Assembly (NCBI GenBank): GCA_039096225.1
Contig: JBBPEB010000028.1
Location: 682,001-746,000 of the forward strand
DNA length: 64,000 nucleotides
Reading direction: 5' to 3'
Source of the DNA: Blastocystis sp. Blastoise
Taxonomy: Eukaryota; Protista; Bigyra: Opalinata
The notes below the pieces were generated by a model. The model had not been told where the DNA came from. It made no database searches and saw only the letters and a list, made by a program, of their open reading frames with translations. Both the position numbers and the translations under genes were made by a program. Positions 53,879-64,000 of the stretch are shown in pieces. How positions within the stretch are numbered: position 1 is the stretch's first letter; each line of letters begins with the position of its first letter.

Positions 53879-54162
53879 CTTATAATAATAATATATATAG
53901 ATTTAAATCCATTATCTTCCTCTTTTAAGCCTGAATATCATGCTTATGTTGGATATAATTATTTACAAATGTTAACTTGTCCTTGGACTTACTGTAGTTA
54001 CTGTAGTTACGTTGATTTCTTTTTTAAAGATTATCAAATGGTTCGATATATAGGTGGATATGTATTTACAGAAACGGCAGCATCTTTATATGTATCGCCA
54101 TTACGTAATTTATGTTATAGTATATTTGAAAGACTAATGGATCCAGAAGTTATTGATGTATA

Positions 54163-54248
<86 letters not shown>

Positions 54249-54858
54249 TTATATAGATTTCAAAAGAGTATTTACAGTCTGATTTTCCATATTATTCATC
54301 TACCATATCTATAAAAGCATTTACAAAATCAATATTTGATATAGCCAGTTATATTCCAAGGAAATTTATATATTATTGGTTTCTTCATTTTAATAGTGAT
54401 GATATTAATAATGAAGTTAAATTAATGTCAAAAGAAATATTAGATTATAATAATAATTTAATAAAAGAATTGAAAAATAATTCTAATCATACTATTACTC
54501 TTTCTTCTTTAAGAAAAAATCCTTATACACATGTATATATACTTCAACATATTCTGCCTTTCTTTGTAATGTCTATCATGTCTCAAATGAAAATTGTTGA
54601 AATGTTACAGAAATATGGAATGAAAGAAGTCGATTTTGATGCTATTTATAGTGGTCGAAGAGAGAATATCGCGAATAAGATGAATTTCTTAGTTGCTGAA
54701 TTACATTCTCTTATAAATCAATGTGATCAAGAAGAAAATGGATTCACAGAGAAGTTATTAGTATATATATATTGTTATATTAGTATAATAACTTAATAGT
54801 AGTATTCTTATATATATATATTGTTATAATTAGTATAACAACTTAATATTAGTATTCT

Positions 54859-54893
<35 letters not shown>

Positions 54894-56124
54894 TATCAAA
54901 GAATGAAGAGGAAGAAACGATAAAAACATATATATCCTCTCTCTCTTCATCTACTCTTGTATCCCATAAACAATTTTATGAAAAATGGAATGGATTTATG
55001 GATATATTTGGTAGAAGAGGACCAGGTGAAGTTATGATTGAAACTCCTAGGTATGTTGAATGTATTATTAATAATAATTATTATTATACTTTATATTATT
55101 ATACTATACTTATTATTAATATTCTTCTTTTAGTATTAGTATGATATTTCTTGTCTATTATATATACTACTATATAGATATGAAGAAAAGCCATCCCTGA
55201 TTATTCAGATGGTTATTAATACTTCATTTACAGATATAAATGAAAAATCCCCGGATGCTCTGGAAAGAAAAGCAGATGAAGCCGTAGAAGAAGTATATAT
55301 GTATTATATATAGACATTCAAATTTATAATATATACTCTCTATACTAAAAATAATCAATATAAATTATATTTTTTTTATTATAAAAATCACAACAACTTT
55401 CTTTATATAGTTATGCTCTAGAATATCTCCTTCTGATGCTGCAAATCTCCGTTATTATCTCCCTGTAGCACGTGTACTTTTTGAATATAGAGAACATCCT
55501 AAATATTTTGTTGTTTCTGCATTAATTTCAAAACGTATTGTTATATTAAAATTAGCAGATAAAATGTTAAAAGAAGGTATTATATCGGAACGAGATGATG
55601 TTTTCCATTTCTCTCTCGATGAATTATGTGATTATGAACAAAATAAACTTGATATTCCATCTATTCTACCTATTATAGCTGAAAGAAAACGAGTTTATAT
55701 TCGTGCTAAAACTATTCGTTCACCTCGTTATATTACTTCTGCTTATACTGCTATTGTAAATGTCTCTCAAAAAACAAAAGATGAAACAAAGAATTTACCT
55801 GAAAATGTCTTAAAAGGAATGCCTACGTCAGCAGGTATAGTTGAAGGAAGAGCCGTAGTTGTTACTGACCCTAAAGAAGGCCATTTACAAAAAGGTGATA
55901 TATTAGTAGCTGAAGCTGCTGATCCTGGTTGGACTCCATTATTTGTACCTGCTTCTGCTGCTGTTATTGCTATAGGTGGTCCTCTTACTCATGGCTGTAT
56001 TGTAGCTAGAGAAATAGGTATTCCATGTGTTATTAATGTACAACATCTTATGGAAAGAATCAAAACAGGAATGAAATTGAGAGTTGATGGAAGCAAAGGT
56101 ACTGTTGAAATATTAGAAAATTAA
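52746..56124 (+). CDS. Rifamycin phosphotransferase-like (RPH-architecture) PEP-utilizing dikinase, 8 exons
   Basis: N-terminal ATP-grasp domain (LGGKG, VAIRSSATTEDLGDASFAG, AVVVQRMV, GLGEALVSG, QARPITTL), a central substrate domain (FGRRGPGEVMIETPRYEEKP, YREHPKY) and a C-terminal swivel His domain (DPGWTPLF...GGPLTHGCIVAREIGIP, His codon 55990-55992). Seven GT-AG introns are present, the first at 52764-52798. Confidence 0.88.
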
Positions 56125-57472
56125 AGAAGATCCATAAATCGATTATATCTATTATTGATATTGATTATATCAATACTTTCTATAAAGTGTATGCTGACCT
56201 TTGTTTACTTTATTTGTTCTATGAGTTTTTAATTATTTATTCAAGCCAATATATATTGAGCTTTGTTATATGATATGGTAATGATTCTTAAGAGTATTTA
56301 TAAATAAATATTCTCAACATTTCTAAAAATAATGAATTCTATTATAATATTTTTTAATAAAATGGTTGTATACATTATTATAAATATGACAATGGTTTTA
56401 ATAATTAAATGATCGAAAATATAAAATGATAATGCCATTAATTATCTTTATGTCGATTTTTATCATGTTTTAAATATCCTCTGAGCTATTCAATTATCGC
56501 TGATATTATAATATTAAATATATATTGTGGTAATTGTACAGAAACTAATTAAGAATTTACATTTTTCATCTAATCTATTAAACAAAGCATCATCATCTAG
56601 AGTAACTCAATACATAATTTTATAAATACAAAAACAACTATAAAAAGCAAATTTCGATGAAAATAAAAAAATAATTTTTTCAAAATTTTTATTTTTTAAA
56701 AAGTTTTTATTTTTATAAATCTATATAATTATATATATAATCCTTTCAAAATACTTAAAAAATACTTTATATATCCTTTCACTTCTCTCATTTATTATTT
56801 TATCATGATAAACTGATAATAATATCAAATACAAGAATCAACAAAATTTTCAATTCTATTCAAGATTTATTATTTCTCTGTGGATTATAATATGCTAGAA
56901 CATTTCCTTCTTAACCGGTGAACAACGTATTGCATGAATTATAATCAAAAGTGACTTTAAAGTACATTTCAAATTATTGTCCTTTTGATTGATTTCTTCA
57001 TATGTCTCGATTCTATACTCTATTTCAAATAATTCAAAAAGTATATTCTTCTCTATTATTTTTATATTCCAAAAAAAAAAACAAATTTTTCTTTATTTTG
57101 TGCTCAACTTTAGTATTTCGATTCTCTATAAGACTGTTGAACGATAATCTATTAGTGGATTCATTTATAGTGAACATAATTTTAGCAAATCTTCAAAAGT
57201 AAAATAGTATAACGGTCTTAAAACATGATAGAGAAACATTATTAATAAAAAGACTTGATAGCCAATAGAAACGATGCTAAAATATCCTCATGTTTTATTT
57301 ACTAAGAAAATCTACTAAAACAATAATCTCTATTTTTTTAAATTTTAGTATATAAATTGCTATAAACAGTTATAATTTTATAGTGTATGGATATTTCAAA
57401 TGAATATATCTTTTCTTCAAAGTTCTTTTCATATTATTATCCCAATAGAGACAATATTTATCGTTTTAAACA

Positions 57473-59739
57473 ATGGCAGAACAAAAAATAAGTATCTTTT
57501 TGTACTCATTTTAAAATGAATTATTTAAAAAATATATCTAGGTGAAGAGCAGAGAGCTAAGCTAAATAAAATGCTGTACACACTCACAGTAATTGGAGTT
57601 CTCATGTTTATTTTGTTTTTAATCATTTCATATTCTGTATGTTTTCCCTTCATCTACTTGACTAAAGTAATTGTTATTTATAGAACTTTGACAAAGCTGG
57701 AGTCAATCCACTAGAAACACTTCCTTTTGTAAGGTAATTTTAAAAGAAATGATAAAAATTCTATCCTATTTTTTCGTAGTGCAAGCTTTAGTTTATTCTT
57801 TATGTGTGGCTTATCAATATTGTTCTTTAAAAAAGCAGATAATGCATTCAGTTGCTGTGCTAAATGGGTATATATGACTCTTCAAAAAAATATTTTATAT
57901 TTATGTTTTTCTATCTATATAGAATTTGATATGGATAGGAGTACACGCTATTATTCATTTATTTTGTGGTGTTTTATGGACTGGTGCTGACTCAAGCATG
58001 ACTCAATTTGTCGTATATTTTTTATTAATTTAATATACTTATTTATATGAATACAAGAATTAATAAGTTTTTTTCATAATAGCTCTTTTTTGCTTGTATT
58101 ATAGTTTTTATGTAAAATAGTTACTTGATTTCTCTATTTATATGCTTATATTTTGATTTTAATTCTTATTATTTTAAAAGGTTTTTTAAATGTTATTACT
58201 ACTAATAAAAATAATTAATATATTTATTATTATTATTATTATTAATATATTCTTCATATATAGAATACAACGGATGCGAGTTTAAAACCTATGATTGATA
58301 ACTTATATACTGAAATATATAAATCTATTAAAAATGGTGTAGATACTCAAGCTTATATAAATATACAAGTATATATAGACTATTATATATATATATATTA
58401 TTAATAATTATAGAATAATTATGCCTGTTGTGGAGTTAAGGCTTTAAATGATACTTATAAAGATAATCCTAAGTCTTTAGGTGAATATTGTACAACTAAA
58501 TATACACCTGAAGTAATAGCTTGTGTTCCTCAATTCTTAAATATATCCTTATATATATTTTCTATTCTTTTTTTTTCCTTTTTTCCACTATGTCTAATAA
58601 GAATAGTATATATTATTGTTATATAAAATAACATATCCTATATTGTAATTCAATTAATAAATGTTTTTATGTTTAAAAAAATATAGAATTATTTTTAATA
58701 GAGTGATCTTAATACTAATACTTCTTCTCTGACTTTTGTACTGTTGCTTATATATTAGAATTTCTTCTACTTGTTGTCTGCGTAAATATTTATTAAATTG
58801 ATATTATATCATATCACATAATCTAGAATCATATATACATTTTACGTTTATATATATATATAGGGAGTATTAGTTGTTATGTTTTATTTAGCAAAGAATT
58901 CTGCTACAGATACGAAATTAAAGAATCATTTAGATACAACAAAAAGTAAGTTTAAGAAGACAAAATTACAAGTTACTATGGATAACTTTAAAAATAAATT
59001 AAAAGCTACATTTATTCGAAATCCTAAGAATGAGAATAAGAAAGAAGATATAGATATAGAGAATAATCATGAAATGACTGTAAAGAAAGATCCTCACAGT
59101 CCTATAGATAGTCCTTCTAATAATCCTAATAATATGTATAATCCAAAAATAGTAGAACAAGTATCTTATGGTAAAAATTTAAATGAAAATGAGAATTTGA
59201 ATAATAATATAAATAAGCCAAATAATGAAAAGAGAACAAGAAGTAATTTATATGTTTATGATGACAGAGTACAGAATAGAGCACATAAAGATAAACAACA
59301 ATCGAATATAAAAGATCCTTCATCTTCACGTCTTGTTGTCAATGCTCCTCAACCACAATTTGCTGCTCCTCTAGAAAAATCTAATTCAAAAACTAATAAT
59401 AATAATAATAAGCCTGTATCTCCTTCATTCTCATCACCATCAGTAAATCATCATAATCAACAACCTCCTATGGCTCCTTCTCTTCCTATATCTTCTCCTT
59501 CTCTTCCTATATCTCCTCCTTCTCTTCCTATATCTTCTCCTTCTCTTCCTATATCTCCTCCTCAACCTCCTATGGCTCCTTCGCTTCCTATATCTTCTCC
59601 TCAACCTCCTATGGCTCCTTCTCTTCCTATATCTCCTCCTCAACCTCCATCACTAGAAGCATTAATGAATAAACATCATAAAGAACCTCAAAATATGTTT
59701 GTTTCACTTCCTCCTGAACCACCAGCAAAATTCTTATAA
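57473..59739 (+). CDS. Tetraspanin-family protein with long Pro/Ser-rich cytoplasmic tail
   Basis: Four hydrophobic segments. The large loop has IQ|NNYACCG...YCTT...IACVP, and TM4 is CTVAYILEFLLLVVC|GVLVVMFYL. There are 9 exons, and one intron is AT-AC (58543-58721). Confidence 0.8.
58543..58721 (+). other. U12-type AT-AC (minor spliceosome) intron
   Basis: The 5' end is ATATCCTT at a codon boundary, a branch-site-like TCTTAAT lies at 58707-58713 and the 3' end is AC at 58720-58721. It is the only splice found that keeps the frame. Confidence 0.85.
59458..59648 (+). repeat. Coding minisatellite (PSLPISS/PPQPPMA units)
   Basis: Repeated 21-bp CCTTCTCTTCCTATATCT(T/C)CT units and CCTCAACCTCCTATGGCT units within the last tetraspanin exon. 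Confidence 0.85.
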
Positions 59740-60081
59740 ATTCATTATTATATTCTTAAAATTTTTTTTATTCAGTTTTATATTTGTTCTTTCTTAATTC
59801 TTATTTTAATTAAAACTTTGTCTTCCATAGATTTATCATCCTATTTGATATATGTTACTCTTTTATTCTTGCTTAATTAATTCTTATTATATTTGTTGCT
59901 TTCTAGAATACTAAATGATATTCAAACTAAAGTTGACACAATGATGACCAATAATATTAATGTACACATAGAAACAAATAGTATACTTGAAAAGAAAATA
60001 ATTTATATATATATTATTACTACATAAATAAATATTTATATAATAAATAAAAAGTTAAAAACAAAAATCCCATAATTAAAT

Positions 60082-60648
60082 TTATAAATCAAGACCATCA
60101 TCTTCTTCTAATAATTTTTTCATGACTTCTGCTTTTAATTCTTCTGTGACTTCTTGTTCTTTATCAAAATTAACAACTAACATTCCTTTTCCATCTTTAA
60201 TTTGTTTACTTTCTTTAGTTTCCGCTTCTACATAAAAATGATTATCACAATAAGGACAATATTCATCAGCTTCATCAAAATCTCTATATATTATAACTAT
60301 ATTACTCGTTATAATAACTATATACATACAACATATTCTTACGAAATACACCTTTACATTTCTTACATCCAAATATCTATAAATAATAAATAAAAAAGAA
60401 TGTAACATCTATATATCAAAAATAAAAGCAATAATAATATCATATATAGAAAAATAAAAAGATTACCATAGTTGTTTGCTTTTTAAGAGGATGTTTCATC
60501 TGTTCTTGATGACATTGAGCACAATCAAACCATTTTCCACAACAAGGAGCACGAATAGAAACCTATAAATGAAAATACTAGTTTTATACTGTTTCACAAG
60601 TAAAAAACTAATGAATCATACTTGAGCATTCAAAACATGTTTACACAT
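60082..60648 (-). CDS. CHY-type zinc-finger protein, 4 exons
   Basis: Translates to MCKHVLNAQ|VSIRAPCCGKWFDCAQCHQEQMKHPL...|IFGCKKCKGVFRKNML|DFDEADEYCPYCDNHFYVEA. Confidence 0.88.
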
Positions 60649-60956
60649 GACAAATTGTTTGTTATGAACTAGTAGAATAATATAAAATCAGTGATATCAA
60701 CAAGTATAGATCAATAAATGATTAGAATTAAATAAAAAATAGATACATGAATCAAGTTAAATACGAAATAATTATATAAACCAAAAAACAAATAGATTTA
60801 TGAATATATTTAAAAAAGAAGTAAAAAAGTATTATTTCTCATGGTTATTTCTCTTTGCTAAAAACAAAATTCTTTCATTCCATTTTTCTAAAAAATAATA
60901 AAAGAAATATAATAATTGTCATTGATTAAGAACTTAAAGGTGATTTATAACGAAAT

Positions 60957-61856
60957 ATGCAAGCTCCTGTTTTAGTCTTAAGTATGTAGATGAGAATATA
61001 GATAAATAGATTTATTTCTTATATAGATCAAAATACAAAACGTGAAAGTGGTAGAAAAGTACAACTTAGCAATATTACTGCTGCTAAAGCTGTAGCTGAT
61101 ATTATTCGTACAACATTAGGACCAAGATCTATGTTAAAGATGCTTTTAGATCCTATGGGTGGTATTCTTCTTACTAATGATGGTAATGCTATCTTAAGAG
61201 AAGTTGATGTATCTCATCCTGCTGCAAAGAGTATGATTGAATTATCTCGTACTCAAGATGAAGAAGTTGGTGATGGAACTACATCTGTTATTATCTTAGG
61301 TATATAGAATAGTAAAATTCAGATCTATTCTTATTAATTATGATAATGAATTTCTTAATTCTATTTTATTAACAAATAAATATATATATATATAGCTGGT
61401 GAGATGTTATCTGCTGCTCAACCCTTATTACAACAAAACATTCATCCTACTGTTATTGTTCGTGCTTATTATAAAGCTCTTGAATCTATTTTAAAACACT
61501 GTGAACAAATTGCTCGTCCATTAGATGTTAATAATAAAGAAGAAGTTACTAAGATTTTAAAGAGTGCTATTGGAACTAAATTTAGTGCTCGTTTTGGTGA
61601 TCTTATTGTATGTATTATTTGGGTTTATATTATATATATTTATATTCTAATATTTATATTGTATTATATATTATATATATATATAGTGTGATATTGCTCA
61701 TGATGCTATTAATATTATTAATACTGTTGAAAATGGAAAGAGAATTATTGATATTAAACGTTTTGTTCGTGTTGAAAAGGTATATATTATTGTTTTTATG
61801 TTTATTTTTTTATAAATAAATTATTTATATTATTGTTTTTATGTTTTTTTTTATAA

Positions 61857-61896
<40 letters not shown>

Positions 61897-63593
61897 GATA
61901 CCTGGTGGTGAATTAAGTGATAGTAAAGTAATTCGTGGTATAGTAGTGAATAAAGATGTTACCCATTGCGATATGAGAAGAAGAATAGAACATCCCAGAA
62001 TACTTCTCATGGACTGTCCTCTCGAATATACTAAAGTATATATATATATATGTATATAGATATATATAATCTACAATACTAAATATATAATATGTAAATA
62101 TCATCTATACTAATAAAATAAACTCTATAATACTAAATATATAACTATTATCTATAAATATAAAATAAATTTTATAATACTAAATATATAACTATTATCT
62201 ATAAATATAAAATAAACTCTATAATAATAAATATATAAATATAAAATAAATTCTATAATCCTAAATATCTATACTACTTGAATATAGCCTGAGTCTCAAG
62301 CTAATATAGAAATAACCGATCCTGAGGAATTTAATCGTGCTTTATTAGAAGAAGAAGAAGCTGTAAAACGTATGTCTGAAGATATAATTGCTTTAAAGCC
62401 AGATCTTGTAATTACTGAGAAAGGAGTCTCTGATTTATGTCAACACTATTTACAAAAAGCTGGTATTACTGCTATTCGTCGTGTTCGTAAAACAGATAAT
62501 AATCGTATTGCCAAAGCTGTTGGCGCTGTTATTTGTCATCGTACTGAAGAAATAGTTGAAAGTGATATTGGTACAGGTTGTGGCTTATTTGAAATTCGTA
62601 AAATTGGTGATGAATATTTTGCTTTTATAGAAGATTGTGATCAACCTAAAGCTTGTAGTATATTATTAAGAGGAGGAAGTAAAGATGCTCTTAATGAAAT
62701 AGAACGAAATCTTATGGATGTTCTTGAAGTCTGTAAAAATATTATGTATGACCCTCGTTTACTACCTGGTATATATATATAATATTCTATTTATTCATAG
62801 TATTATAAATATTGATTTGTCATTATAGTTTTTGGTAGTCTATTTTTATCTTTATATATTTCTTTATCTCCATTCTTTGTCTTTATTACTATTCTATTTT
62901 TTTTAAACTCTCTCTCTATATATCTATATCTATATATCTATATATCTATATCTATATATATATATATATATATATATATAACTATTATTATTATGTATAG
63001 GTGGTGGTGCTACTGAGATGGAGTTATCTTGTCGTATTTCTAAGGAAGGTGCTTCTATGGGAGGTATTGATGCTTTACCTTATATTGCTGTTGGAAAAGC
63101 TTTAGAATGTATTCCTCGTACACTCTGCGAAAACTGTGGTGGAGATGTTATCCGTACAATGACTTCTCTTAGAGTATATATATATATATATTAATAATAG
63201 AATAATTTTATTAACTATTGAATATTTATTGAGTATTTTAGTTATTATTAATAATAATAATAATATAAATATAATAATCCTAATAATATAAATATAATAA
63301 CTATATAGGCAAAACATTCGAAGAGTGGAAATGAGGCTATTGGTGTAGATGGAATAAAAGGAACAGAAGTTGATATGTTTAGTATTAATATATTTGATAC
63401 TTATCAAGTGAAAACACAAACTATTAAAACAGCTGTTGAAGTATGTATTCTATAATAATAATTATATTTATATACTTAACAATATCTATTTTAAAATCCT
63501 ATTTTAAAAACAAAAATTTATATTATGAATTTATAGTCTGCATGTATGCTTTTACGTATTGATGATATTGTCTCTTCAGCTCCTTCACAATAA
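60957..63593 (+). CDS. CCT3: T-complex protein 1 subunit gamma (chaperonin CCT3), 9 exons
   Basis: Starts MQAPVLVLN|QNTKRESGRKVQLSNITAAKAVADIIRTTLGPRSMLKMLLDPMGG...DEEVGDGTTSV, contains RRVRKTDNNRIA and ends CMLLRIDDIVSSAPSQ TAA. Confidence 0.97.
62100..62270. repeat. ~47-bp intronic tandem repeat in CCT3
   Basis: TATAATACTAAATATATAACTATTATCTATAAATATAAAATAAA repeats 3-4 times. Confidence 0.7.
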
Positions 63594-64000
63594 TCAAATA
63601 AATCTATTTTTTTTTATATAATTTTTATACTTTATATATAAATATGGATATAGATTTAATAATATTCTAGTTTTATTTACTATCGTCTCGTCTTTATTTG
63701 GGAACAAAATATTTCTTATTGTTGTTTATCTATTTTTGTTTTAGTCTGTTGTTCTTGAACGTCTAAGAAAATACATATTCATTTCTATTTCAGTTTATTG
63801 TCAATTTTATTATTGAAATGAATCATCTCCTCAACGTATTTTACTAACGAATCAACTCCGTTCTTAAAACAGACTCTATTTTTTCTTAATTAGCATTTTT
63901 TCGCAATTACTATTTCTTGTTACAACACAAAACACACCATCACTTGGTCCGGAAACACAGTTCATCATCATGCTATTTTAAAAACCTTTCAATGATCCAG

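Noticed and set aside
52746-56124. Bacterial contaminant or ordinary PEP synthase/PPDK
   Set aside because: It has seven spliceosomal introns and eukaryotic neighbours. The His domain is C-terminal and there is no pyruvate-binding TIM barrel.
59440-59643. Protamine-like Arg-rich ORF on the minus strand
   Set aside because: It is the antisense shadow of the Pro/Ser coding repeat.
63818-64000. Possible first exons of another gene
   Set aside because: It is truncated by the window end, with no convincing open frame or recognisable motif.

Overview
This is a very AT-rich, intron-dense eukaryotic nuclear region, not bacterial. The gene families and intron style resemble a low-GC Blastocystis-like stramenopile, which is an inference. 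The window has two halves. (1) Positions 1-30.5 kb are a nest of mobile elements and decayed genes. They include an apparently intact spliced CACTA/EnSpm (CMC) DDE transposase and a 6.4-kb non-autonomous Helitron (4318-10732, minus strand) that carries two covarying mascRNA-like tRNA mimics, a diverged ~245-bp repeat and symmetric phase-1 mini-exon cassettes. There is also a 2.2-kb 10-bp minisatellite, and a 9.5-kb Pack-CACTA element (20909-30398, TSD TTT) with captured intron-containing host gene fragments, apparently nested in the right end of a larger CACTA element that ends at 30541. (2) Positions 31.6-64 kb are gene-dense host DNA. They hold a BTB-like/TLDc gene, two head-to-head BTB-like/LRR-like paralogs, a large secreted He_PIG/HRM protein and an intron-containing rifamycin-phosphotransferase-like (RPH-type) PEP-utilizing kinase of probable bacterial origin. 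They also hold a tetraspanin whose frame is restored only by an AT-AC minor-spliceosome intron, a CHY zinc-finger gene and CCT3. All gene models and motif matches were read by eye and no database search was run.
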